Source: Octopus vulgaris (lineage: Eukaryota). From it: a DNA stretch of 64,000 nucleotides. The position numbers and the translations under genes are program-made. The notes beneath the pieces are model-generated. The model saw nothing but the letters and a program-made list of their open reading frames with translations, was not told the origin of the DNA and ran no database searches. The stretch covers positions 84,258,001-84,322,000 of the forward strand of contig OX597821.1 of the NCBI GenBank assembly GCA_951406725.2, given 5' to 3'. Positions 50,161 through 63,082 of the stretch are shown here, one piece after another. The stretch's first letter is position 1. Each line of letters opens with the position of its first letter.

Positions 50161-50597
50161 CCTTAATTTCACTTTCACATATTCACTTCCAAAGCATTGG
50201 TCTTCCCAGAGCTACAGCAGAGGACACTCACCTAAAGTGCCAGGCAGTAGTACTGAATCTGAAACCACATGGCTGCAAAGTGGGCTCCTTAACCATTGGC
50301 TATTCATTTTTTTATTAGCACTGTCATGTCACCCAAATAAGTAGTTCTTTGAATTTACCTGGACCACATCCACATTCTTGTCAGGTAAGCGTAATTGTTT
50401 TCCCCCAAACTTCCTCTAACCCTATAGCATTTAAACCAGCTATATCTGGCCCAAACATTCTACTTGCTCTATGTTCAAACTGGCTGAGTCTGATTTCTCA
50501 TGTATCTCCCCTACAATGGCATTCAGAAAATAAACAATCGCAACATTGAAATCTTGGGGTTACAAAACAATGATGGTTCATTGAAAACTGGGCTTAC

Positions 50598-50744
50598 TAG
50601 TTAGTTAGTTAGTTAATTTTTTGGCTCAAAAAGCAAAAAGCAAGGCCATGTAGGGGGACATGGAGTTATGTACCGGGTGGTGTTCATGTAAAGAGTTCAG
50701 GCCACTTGTGGTCAAGGGAGACTTTGAACCGAGCGGTCGTCGAC
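50598..50744 (-). mobile_element. Short 3' end of a CR1-type LINE
   Basis: Minus-strand translation STTARFKVSLDHKWPELFT* (FKxxLDxxW ending), a short UTR and a (TAAC)n tail; CpGs are intact. Confidence 0.6.
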
Positions 50745-53077
50745 TAATGCCTGGCAAAAGAATTTGGTAGGTGAAAACTGTGCAGAAGCCTGCGTGTGTG
50801 TGTATGTGTAATATAAACCCAGCAATGCTAAACTTCTATTTCTTATAGTTGCTCATCTCAAAATTAGTAACTAAGAATAAAAATAGAAAACTCAGGGTAG
50901 CCATAAAGTGAACGAAGTCTTATGATTTTTCTCAGGTAAAATCAATTGATCTTCAAACATACACACAAACACATATGGAGGAGGGGGTGGCTGAGGTGAG
51001 ACCATGAATGAGACGTGTGTATGTGTGTGTGAAGAATACAGAAAGGGAGCACCTTCACATATACGTACACACTAACTCCAGCTGGAGTCTGCACCATATA
51101 TCCCAAATATTGACTTCCCACACAAATCCATCCATCCATCAGCTCAACCACTTAACTCTCCATGCACTAAAAACCAGTCCCCCACCTCCCCTTCCATATC
51201 TACACCCACAACTCCAGAAACCCACCTACACACATGGCATACATACACACTTTAACATGTGTATTTACGCAGTTTATTTAACATGCATTCACACAGACTT
51301 TACCAGAGACAAACTTTAGTGCAGACACAGTTAGAGCAAGCACACACCAGAGACAAACCTTAGTATATAGAGTTACACACACACACACATATGCCATCTT
51401 CCTCCTTTTCAATATGAGTTATCAAGAAAAGACAAGCACACCCTCTCCCTTCTGTATTTTACCTGTGCTGATAACACACACACACACACTCACTCATATT
51501 TATATATGAGGATACATTTAATGGAGTCCCAAATACACGAGGGGGTGGGGTGTTGCTGTGAGAGGGTGAGGGGTATCGAGAGATAGAGAGATAGCAGGGA
51601 CAGAGGAAGGGTGGTGGGGTGAGGAGTGAGGGTCTAGAAGACAGCTAAAGATGGTAGATCAGTGGCTGGGAATGATGGTGTTGGTGGGGGGTGGGGTGGA
51701 AGGGAGAGAGAAATGTGAGAAAAAAAAGACAGAGGGGGGGAACCGGAGACAGAGATGGAGGTGGGAGGTGGGGGTGGATACAGGGTTGTTGTGTTGGAGT
51801 AAAGTGAAGGTAGAGAGAGAGAAAAAAAGGTAAGTCCAGGGGTGGGTGGGGAACGACCATTACCCACCCACCCCGGGGGAGGGGAGGACACAACTACTAT
51901 CACAATCATAATGTAGTAGTAGTAGTATTGAAATCGTCCCCCCTCTGCCCCACAGCCCCTCTGGTGGGGCAGGAAGATGAAAGGGAAAATAAATATCAGA
52001 AAAGATTGTGAAAGAAAGGTGGCAATGGTGGTGAGGAGTGAAGGTGACAGCACGCATGGGTGGTAGTATCGGTTGTGGTAGTGGTTATAGTGTGGTAATA
52101 ATAGTTGTTGTGGAGGTGGTAGTTATAGAGATGAAGCTGACAATAACAATGGTGGTGGTGGTGGAAATAGTAGTAGTAATAGTAGTAGTAGTAGGATGGA
52201 TTATGAGAGTAGTAACAACTGTGGTTGTAATAGTAATTATCATAGTACTAGTAATTAAGCAGTGGTGGTGGTGGTGGTAGTGTTAGTAGTTCTGGCAATA
52301 GCTGAGAACAAGGTGGGGGATAGAGGACTGATATGCAGGCAGAGGTAGGAGGGTACCTCCCCCTTCGCCATTTCTTTTTTTTTTTTATTCCCTCTCTCAC
52401 TCTTTATCACCCCCACCCGGCTAGCATCAGCAGCAGTCTCCTCCTCCTTCCCCACCATCTCAACTAAACTCCCTATATTGACTTAACACAAACACACAAT
52501 ACTATAGCAATTATGATAGCGGGGGGGGGGGGAGGAAAAGAGAAAGAGCAGAGAGACGGGGGGGGGGAGTTTCTTTCCCACCCCACTCCACCTCCGCTCC
52601 TTGCTTGTAAGCTGGAGAGAGAGAGGTTTCTGAAGGGAGTTTCAGAATCCATCCACCCCCTTCAACCCCCCATTTTCAGTAGAAGAAGAAAGGATTAATG
52701 GGGAGCCAGTATCCTGTAGTGGAGGGTAGACACAACAACAAAGCTGAATGAAAGTCAACTGTAGACTCAAGTTGGGAGTAAGGGTACGGGGTGGGGGTAC
52801 GGGTAGGTAGGCAGGTAGTGAGGTGATGTCTACACCTACACACTGTTGTACCACCCACCTATATAAACTGTTATGTTAGAGCAGCACACCTATACATTAC
52901 AACACACACATACATACACACACACACTCTCAGACACACACACACACACACACGCGATATCCCCAATACACCTGCTCCCTTTCAACCACTCCTGCTGTCC
53001 TCACACACACATACTTATTTACTAAGGGGGCCTCTAGAACTGCTAGAAATAATAGCCTAATGGTCTGCAAAATACCC

Positions 53078-53686
53078 GTGGCTGTGTGGTAAGTAACTTG
53101 CTTCTCAACCACATTGCTCTGGGTTCAGTCTCACTGCGTGGCACCTGGTTGATGCCAGTGCCACCTGACTGGCTCCCATGCTGGTAGCACCTAAAAAGCT
53201 ACCCACTACACTCTCAGAGTGGTTGGCATTAGGAAGGGCATCCAGTTGTAGAAACCTTGCCAGATGAGATTGGAGCCTGGTGCAGCCATGTGGTTCGCCA
53301 GTCCTCAGTCAAACCGTCCAACCCATGCCAGCATGGAAAACAGACGTTGAACGATAATGATGATACTCAAGGAAACCTGTGCACCATAGATGTGTTAAAT
53401 TCATTTCTGCTAATGAAGAAGATTGACCTGCAAGAATTCTGTGCTGGAGCCACATAAAAAGCACGCATGTCAGTGTCACACTGAAGTACTCATGCTGGTG
53501 CCATGTAAAAAGTACCCAGTACATCATAATGTAAAGTGGGTGGTGTTAGGAAGGGCATCCAGCCATAGAAACCAATCCAAATCAGACTGGAACCTGGTGT
53601 AGCTCTCCGGCCTGCCAGCTCTGGTCAATCTATCCAACCCATGCCAGTGTGGAAAACTGATGTTAAAGGATCATGATGATGATGAC
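53078..53686 (+). mobile_element. SINE B head fused to repeats ending in (TGA)n (probable RTE-related tails), two units
   Basis: TTAGGAAGGGCATCCAG...CCAACCCATGCCAG...GATGAT occurs twice; a related tail lies at about 46780-46893. Confidence 0.6.
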
Positions 53687-54318
53687 TTACACACTCCCAA
53701 TAAAATAAGTAACAATCAAGAAAGTAAGGATTATTATTCAGCCGAGTGAAACAATTTTATTTCAGATTTAAATATCATTATTATAATTCGTTTTAGTTAT
53801 ATTTTCTTTACAGAAAAAAAGTTTCTCATAGGCATAGGGTTGGGAAGCCAACCCTCTCTCCCCACCACCCATTTGAAGAGGGGACTGTGATAATTGAAAA
53901 GATTAAATTGCTATATTTAATAAGATTAAGAGGAGTTTAAACTTTTAAACTTGTCCAAGACCACAGCAAAGAAAAGAAGAATTACATGAATGCAAAGTAT
54001 TTTGTCATCCTAATAATAATTAAAAAAAAAGAGGGAAAGGGGCAAAAAATTTCAGGGCCTGATATTTGTGAGAGAACCACCATTATAGTTATTTAATTAT
54101 ACTATGTCCTTATTTGTACATAGAATTTTAAAAGGGTCCTCTTTGTATAATGTTCCTGACCTATACCTGGTTTTTACATGACTGCTTTATTCATCCACAC
54201 ACGTTTTCGTAAAACCCACCACCACCACCACCACCATTAACCTAAACATTTCATGAAATTGTATGTATGAATGAAATTGAGAGTAATTGCTCTCAGGGGA
54301 GGGGGAAACTAATTAGGG

Positions 54319-54353
<35 letters not shown>

Positions 54354-54609
54354 AGTTAGTAGAGAAAAATCAACTATATATTCTATGCTGTATCCAACAC
54401 ACATGGTGATTCAGTAAAATTCTAGTCAAGGTTGAGGTTTGCTTTTTCCTGGCCTTAAGTTCTAGTATATGGATATAGTGAATCTAAACTGTTTAATTAT
54501 TAATGCCTACCAACTGACCTATCTATCTATTTTTCTGCATATCTATTTATCTATCTATCTATCAGTTGCTTATTTGCAAAAAAAAAAAAAAAAAAAAGAA
54601 ATATAACAT

Positions 54610-54886
54610 GTGACTTCATTGACCGAGGTTACCGTGGTCTTTTCTGTAGGCTTTTCTTTCCACGGGTAACCCTCACCTGTCCTCCCCTTTACACTTCATA
54701 TTGACATTTCTGTGATAAAGATCCCTATTGATCAATTCCCCCCCCCCTTTTTTTTGTCCTCTTTCTTTCCTTTTACGATCCCTTTTGATCGAAAACCAAA
54801 CCCCCTTTTTTTTACCCCCAAAAGAAAAGCTCTATCTTGTAATTTGTCCTGTCTGTGTGCAGCCCTGTGTGGCTAATAAAGAAACA
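54610..54886 (+). mobile_element. Probable LINE 3' UTR fragment (L1/Tx1-like end)
   Basis: Pyrimidine-rich, CpG-retaining segment ending in AATAAAGAAA; the last 42 nt match SINE A tail 2. The clade assignment is inference. Confidence 0.45.
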
Positions 54887-55697
54887 TATCTATATCTATC
54901 TATGCACCTGCCTGTCTATTTATCCATCAGTCTATTGATCAAGCTGTGTCTGTCTATTCATCTGATTATCTACTTTTATATCTACTTCTATACTTTTATA
55001 TCCATGAACTTTTAAAACTATTATATCCATAAACCTATAACAAAAAAAAAAGCCTCTTTATACCTCCTATTTATTATAGTATTTTCTCTTGCTTTGTTCT
55101 ACTTTGTTTTCTTTTCATCTTCCTCCTTTACCATTTCCACTAATTTGCTCTTTAATTATTGTCTAAATCTTAGCCCCACATAAATATGAAAAATCCGAAT
55201 CAAATTCAAACCCATCATTTACCAAATTTACAAGAACTCAATATATAAGTTCCAGTGACAATGCAAATGAAAGAGAGAGAGAATGTGTGTGTGTATGTGG
55301 TTAAGAAGTTTGCTTTGCATGGTGCCTTGGGCAAGTCCTCTCAGGATAGAAGCCCATCAAGTGTGTTTGTATGTGTGTGTCCACCACTGCTTGACAACAG
55401 TTGTTAGTTTGCTTACATCCCTGTAACTTAACAGTTTGGCAAAAGACACCAATAGAATAAGTAAGTGCCAGGCTTAAAAAAATATGCACTGGGATTGATT
55501 TGTTCAACCAAACCCATCATGGGATTACCCCAGCATGGCCACAGTCCAATGACTGAATCAAGTAAAAAAAAAAGTAGGGAAAAAAAATTAAAATATCTGA
55601 GGAATATTCCAAGAGAAAAAATTTAAATACCTAGAAATCATGTTACAAGAGCACAACACCAGGGGTTAACCATTATTATTATTATTATTATTATTAT

Positions 55698-55900
55698 TAA
55701 GGTGGTGAGCTGGCAGAATTGTTAGCACACCAGGCAAGATGCTTTATATTCTGAGTTCAAATTCTGCTGAGGTTGACTTTACCTTTCATCCTTTCAGGGT
55801 CAATAAAATAAGTACCAGTTGAACACTGGGGTCAATTTAATCAACTAGTCCCCTACCCCAAAATTGCAGGTCTTGTACCTTTAATAGAATGGATTATTAT
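55698..55900 (+). mobile_element. CpG-decayed SINE family A between (TTA)n tracts
   Basis: GGTGGTGAGCTGG head and GTTGAC/GGTCAATA body; nearly every consensus CpG is lost. Confidence 0.85.
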
Positions 55901-56196
55901 TATTATTATTATTATCATTATTATTATTACAGGCAAGCTGGCAGAATTGTTAGCATGCTGAACAAAATGTGTGAGTGTTTGTGTTGACATTGAGTAATAA
56001 TTGTAAATGAGAATCACTGTCATATAAGCAGTGTCATTCATTTCCAATATTTTGCTAAAAAAAAACATGTCTGACCATGGAGAAATATTACTTCACTTGG
56101 AAACAGGTGAAGGTTGGTGACAGGAACAGCATCCTACCATAGAAAATCTGCTTCAATAAGCTCCCTCTGGCCCATACAAGCATGAAGATGTGAGCA

Positions 56197-56417
56197 TTAA
56201 CCCTTTAGTGTTCACATTATTCTACCAAAATTAATGCTTTTTAATCCACATTGTTTTGAACTAATCTTGCATTATCTTGTAGTTATGAGATTTTGATGAG
56301 GTAGCTGTTCATTTTTAAAACGATATTGTAGGGTTGGTGTGAGAAGTCAGATCTGGCCAGTTTGAACATAAAACAGGCAGAATACTTTTGGCCGGATATG
56401 GCCAGTTTAAATGCTAA
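56197..56417. mobile_element. TTAA-target (piggyBac-like) MITE, family 1
   Basis: TTAA|CCCTTTAG terminus; homologous to about 50416-50580 and 58007-58654. Confidence 0.65.
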
Positions 56418-57117
56418 TGATGAGGATGATCTACAGACAGACTTTCCTTTTAATGAGCAGTTCTTTGATTAAAGGTATTCAATCCTACTGTCCTTTATAG
56501 CCAGGTCTTGCTAGGTAAAAATTGAAGAGAGGGTACATTCTAATGCCAGAATAAGCATCAACCATCTTAAATGGTCAAATGTCATACAATTGAGGCAGAA
56601 ACCCAAGGAACTATTCCAGTAATGGAGTATGAAATAGAGCAGCAACATTGCTTTGAATCCATATTGCAAATAATAAAGAAGTGTAAAAAAGAATAAACAG
56701 CTTCATTACCATTCCACATCACTGTAAGAGTCATTATGTAGTAATTTGCACTGCTAAAAATAGAAGTTAAATCCCATCATCGCACACTGTTTTACTGTCT
56801 TAAAATGGGAAAGCAACATTAAACAAAGCAGTCTTAGAAATGCACAAAGATGAGGTGGTCCAGGCTGAAATGCCTTTGATCCTATGTCTAATCACTCTGG
56901 GTTGACCTAGGGCTAAAAAAAAAAACCCATCAAACAATACATTAATATATTACAAACAAGCAAGCTGTTTTCACCAGACATATCTGAAACACAAATACAC
57001 ACATAAAATGCACGCATAAACATGAAACAGTACATATACATCACACACACACACACACACACAGTTTAGCTCAAAGCCAAGAATTCTTCCTGCCAAGTCA
57101 TTGAAAAGGTTATTCTT

Positions 57118-57153
<36 letters not shown>

Positions 57154-57154
57154 T

Positions 57155-57256
<102 letters not shown>

Positions 57257-58006
57257 AAACAGAATATAATTGAAATAAGAGAGATGATATTTTACCAAAA
57301 CAAAAGACCTGAAGGAAATGAAAAGATCTCCAAAACAATGACCCCCAAGGAATCAAGAACATTTCAACTGAAACATGACTATCCTTCAATGCCTCTAATT
57401 TCACAAAATGAAAAGAGCAGCCACAATCTCATTTCTTTTCAAGCTTCTTCATCTTGTGAGAGAGATTCATTCATAATTCTGCCCCTGTAACAGCACTCCC
57501 TACCCTAACACCCCAAGCCACAGCCAGCCCTTATTTATCTCTCCTCTCCCTCACTACTGAGCCAGGTGACAGTTCCTGCACCTGACTTGCTGTTCCAGGC
57601 GAGAGAGCCCATTTCCCCAGCCATCTAGCCACCACCACCAATTCAGTTTCAATATTTCAAACAATTTTCTTTTTCTTTCTATTATTTTAGGGTTCTGTTT
57701 TTTTTTGTTTTTTTTTTGTCTTCCACACCAATTTCAGCAATACAGTTTTTTGTTTTTTTTAAACTCCATATCACTCTTTATTCAGCAGATTCATGATTAA
57801 ATGATGTTCCCATTGTGATCGTCACCATCAATCCTTTATTCAGACAGAACAAAATCTGTCTAGGATTACATAATCTAATGTAAATCTTTCCTTCTTTTTT
57901 TTTTTTAACAATGAAATGAAAAGCTCTGAACTGAAGAAAATTTGGCAGCTATTATTTCAAGCAGATCAAGCTATCACATGGAAGCCTTTCTCCCTTTGGC
58001 TTGTAT

Positions 58007-58654
58007 TCAACCCTTTAGCATTTAAACTGGTCCAAATATTCTGCCTGTTTTATATTCAAAACGGCCAGATTCAGCCTCTCACACCAACCCAGCAATGTCA
58101 TTCTAAAATTAAACAAATCTTTGAAATCCCAAAAGTTATGTGATAATACAGGATTGATTTTATAAAATGTGAATATATAAGTAATACTCTTTTACTTGTT
58201 TCAGTCATTTGACTGCGGCCATGCTGAAGCACCGCCTTTAGTCGAGCAACTCGACCCCGGGACTTATTCTTTTTGTAAGCCCAGTACTTATTCTATCGGT
58301 TTCTTTTGCCGAACCGCTAAGTAACGGGGACGTAAACACACCAGCATCGGTTGTCAAGCGATGTTGGGGAGACAAACACAGACACACAAACACACACATA
58401 TCTATACATATATATACGACGGGCTTCTTTAAGTTTCCGTCTACCAAATCCACTCACAAGGCTTTGGTCGGCCCGAGGCTATAGTAGAAGACATTTGCCC
58501 AAGGTGCCACACAGTGGGACTGAACCCGGAACCATGTGGTTGGTAAGCAAGCTACTTACCACACAGCCACTCCTGCGCCTACAGGATTAATTTTATAAAA
58601 TGTGAATATATATGAAATACATTTGACAAAGTAATTTCAATGCTAAAGTGTTAA
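58007..58654. mobile_element. TTAA MITE family 1 interrupted by a young SINE B (58185-58579, minus)
   Basis: Termini CCCTTTAGCATT / AATGCTAAAGTG-TTAA. The SINE is flanked by a 33-bp direct duplication. Confidence 0.75.
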
Positions 58655-58924
58655 ATTACCATACTGGGAGTATATATATTTTTTCAAAGATGCATTTGTG
58701 TGGCAATTTGACCAGAGACCATAAGTTGAAACTAAGATAATTACAGCAAGGACAACGCAATTTAGACATTCAAAACACGAAGAATATAACTTCATTACTA
58801 TTTAGTGTCACCATCTTGTGAAGATTTTGTATGGTTTTGAATGGCTATTTATCTTCTACACTGAAATTGTTTTATATATGTTTATATATATATTTATATA
58901 GTTTTTTATATATATATATATATA

Positions 58925-59345
58925 GGCGCAGGAGTGGCTGTGTGGTAAGTAGCTTGTTTTCCAACCACATGGTTCCGGGTTCAGTCCCACTGCGTGGAAC
59001 CTTGGGCATGTGTCTTCTACTATAGCCTCGGGCCGACCAAAGCCATGTGAGTGGATTTGGTAGACGGAAACTGAAAGAAGCCCATCGTATATATGTATAT
59101 ATATATATATATATGTGTGTATGTGTGTGTGTGTGTGTGGGTTTGTGTGTCTGTGTTTGTCCCCCTAGCATTGCTTGACAACCGATGCTGGTGTGTTTAT
59201 GTCCCCGTTACTTAGCGGTTCGGCAAAAGAGACCGATAGAATAAGTACTGGGCTTACAAAGAATAAGTCCCGGGGTCGAGTTGCTCGACTAAAGGCGGTG
59301 CTCCAGCATGGCCGCAGTCAACTGACTGAAACGAGTAAAAGAGTA
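58925..59345 (+). mobile_element. Full-length young SINE family B (reference copy)
   Basis: A box TGGCTGTGTGG, B box GGTTCAGTCCC, CORE-like CCTTGGGCA, internal (TA)n(TG)n, and tail ...CTGAAACGAGTAAAAGAGTA. Confidence 0.92.
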
Positions 59346-59627
59346 TATAGACACATTGAAACACTTTGGCAAGACTTGAAGCAGGAAACCTGATAATATA
59401 AACTATTTGGTCTCTTTCACACTTTTATTTCCTTATCTTAATTACTGTGAAGAATTCTTACATAGGCACAGGCATGGCTGCATGGTTAGAAAGCTCACCT
59501 TTGCAACCACAATGGTTTTGAGTTTGGTTCCATTTTGTGGCACCTTGGGAATGTGTCTTTTAGTATAGGTCTAAGTCAATTAATGGATTGCAAGTAAACC
59601 GGGTGGATGGAGACTACGTAGAAGCCT

Positions 59628-59660
<33 letters not shown>

Positions 59661-59943
59661 GATAAAAAATCAAAACCAACTCTGGTAAAATTTGCATTCA
59701 AATGTACAGAAACTTTATAAAGGATCACAAATCCTCTAATCTAGTTCTCTAAGGCCAAAAATTTTTGAAGAAGGGTTATCAATAAATTGATCTCAGCACT
59801 TGAGTGGCTCTTTATCAGTCCCAGAGAGACAAAAATAAGAAAGTTGACTGCAGCCAGATTTGAACTCAGAACACAAAGTACTGGAACAATTCCTACTAAG
59901 CATTTTGTCCGATACTCTAATGATCCTGCCATTCATCTGTCCT

Positions 59944-60167
59944 TTAACCCTTTTGATACCAAACTGCTAGAAACTGCCTCTTGCTCTGTAGTACAAATGT
60001 CTTGTTTTCATAAGCTTTGAATTAAAATCTTCCACCAAACTTTAGTCAGAATTTATGTTCCTAACATCATCTTAATGAAAACTAAGTTATTTTACTAAAT
60101 TTTTTGTTATATTTAAAATTAATTGAAACACAAAGCATTAACAAGAATATAGTAACGAGAAGGTTAA
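59944..60167. mobile_element. TTAA-target (piggyBac-like) MITE, family 2
   Basis: TTAA|CCCTTTTGATACCA ... TAGTAACGAGAAGG|TTAA; a relative lies at about 42444-42620. Confidence 0.7.
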
Positions 60168-60274
60168 ATAGATTAAAATCACCTTAATTTTATCAAGCCT
60201 AGCAATCTGCCAGCCCCATTTCTCAAGTCCCTCTGCCATAACACCCTAAGAGAAACACTAGCTGAATAAATAAG

Positions 60275-60632
60275 CATGGCTGTGTGGTTAAGAAGCTCAC
60301 TTTGCCACTAATTGGTTTCAGGTTCAATTTCCCAGCACGGCACCTCAAGTGTCTTCTACAATAGCTCTGGGAACACCAGTGCCTTGTAAATTTGTTAGAC
60401 AGACATTACATGTAAGCCTGCTGTGTGTGTGTATGTATGTGTGTGTGTGTGTGCATATCTTCAACACTGGTTGACAATCAGTGTTAGTTTGTTTACGTCC
60501 TGTAACAATGGTTCAGACAAAAAGATCACTAGAATAAGTATGAGACTTAAACACAAGCACTGGGGTTGATTTCAAGGTGGTGCCCCAGCATGGTCACAGC
60601 CCAATGACTGAAACCAGTAACGGACAAAAGAT
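60275..60632 (+). mobile_element. Old SINE family B
   Basis: Degenerate and CpG-depleted; similar old copies lie at about 55300-55570, 59465-59660 and 61765-62110. Confidence 0.75.
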
Positions 60633-62160
60633 ATATGACAAGCACATAATTCAATAAATCCCCAAAATGATAGACAACCCTGAGTAGAGCTTGAACTCCC
60701 AATTAACTAAATCCAGCAAGGCATTTATTTTCTACAGTACTTTACCATTTCTAATAATAAATGTCAAATTAGCAAATGAAATTAATATTAGCAGCAGAAG
60801 AGGGTAATCTTCCAAAGAGCATGCCTCCCACCACCACCACAACAATTATTAGCCATGCCACCACCACCACTCACTAGCAATCATCTCCAACCACCACCAC
60901 CAGACATTGTTACAAGAAAGCTTCCCTGCTAGCAGTAATTATTAAGATTTTGTCTTGAAATGGTCGCCAGAACTACCCCCTTTCCCTTCCCATTGAGAAT
61001 GGTAACAATGTGAAATTCATTGAGTACAAGACTTTTCAATGGTCCCAGTTGACACCTAATTACTATGTTAGAATATGGAGAGAACGGAGAGGGTGTGTGT
61101 GTAGGAGTGTATGTATGTGTGGATGTGAGAGAGAAGAGAGAGAGAGAGAGATAGAAGGTTGGCAGTGTTGCACCTTGGAACAAAATCAGAATATGTAGCA
61201 GTGGACAGGAGACTAGAGGTGGGAAACTGCTAATTAATTATAAGTACAAACATACACAGTAAAGTTGAATAGTTGCAGGAAATAGGGAACACACCTTCCC
61301 CACCGCCTCCCCCCACAGCCACCCACACACACACACACAAGTAGTTTAAGCAAAATGTATATTGGCTCAATGACTAAAAATACCTAGTAAATGACCGGTT
61401 AGTGATCAGTTGTAGTTGAATAAACAGTGTTGTAGTAGCCAACAGTAGATATTAGTAGAATTTAGCAAGCAGACCGAGAACAATTATATCTACCCTACAA
61501 TCTAGAATCTATTTTACTTAGACTCAGTGCTATTGTTGAAGACCGATCTGCCACTTGATAATTCACACATGTAACCAAATGTGTTAAGTAGTGAAGTTTG
61601 GGAGTTTAGAGAAATCAGTGAGGTTGGAAATAGAAATCTGGCATTTTGGGACTGTCCCTTGCTCATAGAAAAAAATTTCTTCCTTCCTCTCAGTCAAAGA
61701 GAGAATCTCATCAGAGTTCTATTCTCTCTATAGTGGTGCAAACTTACCCAAATATTGGTGAATGAATGGCTGTGTAGTTAAGAAGCTTGCTTTGCAATAA
61801 AGTGGTTTTGGGTTCAGTTCAACTGTGCAGCACCTTGAGTGTTTCTGTTATAGCTCAGGGCCAACCAATGCTCTGTGAGTGAATTTGATTGATAGTAATT
61901 GCTTGTTTGTTTGTGTGTGTGTGTCCTACCCTATTTGACAACCAGTGTCAGTTTGTTTATGACCCTGTACCTTGGTGGTTCAGCATAGGATACCAATAAA
62001 ATAAGTACCAATCTTAAAAAATAAGTATTGAGGTCAATTTGCTTGAATAAACCCATCCAGGTGGTGCCCCAGCATGGCTGCAGTCCAATGACTGAAACAA
62101 GTAAAGGTAAAACACAAAATTCATTTTATAATTCTTTTACTAATACAGACCTATATTAGA

Positions 62161-62192
<32 letters not shown>

Positions 62193-62193
<1 letters not shown>

Positions 62194-63082
62194 GGCAACA
62201 AGCTGGCAGAATCATTAGCACACTGGGTAAAATGCTTAGCAGTATTTCATCAATCTTTGCATTCTGATTTCAAATTCTGCCGAGGTTGACTTTGCCTTTC
62301 ATCCTTTCAGGGTCAATAAATTAAGTACCAGTTGAGTACTGGGGTTGATCTAATTGACTAGCTCATTCCCCCAAATTTTCAGGCCTTGTGCCTAAAGTAG
62401 AAAGGATTATTATTATTATTAAGGCAGTAAGGTGACAGAATCGATAGCATGACAGACAAAATGCTTAGTGGTATTTTGTCTGTCTTTACATTCTGAGTTC
62501 AAACTCCGCCAAGGTCGATCCTTTCAGGGTTGATAAATTATGTACCAATGGAATACTGGGATTGATGTAATTGGCTAGTCCCCTACCCCCAAATTCCAGG
62601 CCTTGTGCCTTTAGTAGAAAGGATTATTATTATTATAGATAGGCAGAATCATGACAGCTTGAGGCAAAAAGCCTTGTGGTATTTATTTTGGCTTCCTACA
62701 TTCTAAGTTAAAATCCCACAACCATCAATTTTGCCTTTCATCTTTTAAGGACCAATAAAATAATATACCAGCCATGTACTGGGGTCGATGGGATCAACTA
62801 GAAATCTATCCTGTTAAGTGCTGGCCTTGTCTACATTAGTAAATTACCAAAGGCAATAAATAAGTTGGCAGAATCCCTAAAAGATTTTGCGGGGGAGGGG
62901 TGGTGCTACACAGAATTTCTTTCAGCTTTTTACATTTATTGATCAAATTCGACCAGGGTCAACTTGGCCTTCCATCCCTCTAGGGTCAATAAAATAAAGC
63001 ACCAGTCAAGTACTGTGGTCAATGGTATCAATTAACCCACTCCCCTTAAAATTGATAGCCTTGTGCCAAAATTTGAAACCTT
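62193..63082 (+). mobile_element. Four tandem SINE family A copies of increasing divergence, the first three preceded by (TTA)n
   Basis: Repeated GCAGAATC head, TTTCATCC body and GGCCTTGT tail. Confidence 0.8.

Noticed and set aside
52255-52458. Minus-strand ATGGCGAAGGGGGAG|GT as a first coding exon
   Set aside because: The donor (GTACCC) is weak, only five codons are involved, and the context is low complexity.
60990-61042. Pre-miRNA-sized hairpin (CCATTGAGAA...TTTTCAATGG)
   Set aside because: The central pairing is poor, the flanks do not extend a basal stem, and I recognise no mature miRNA.
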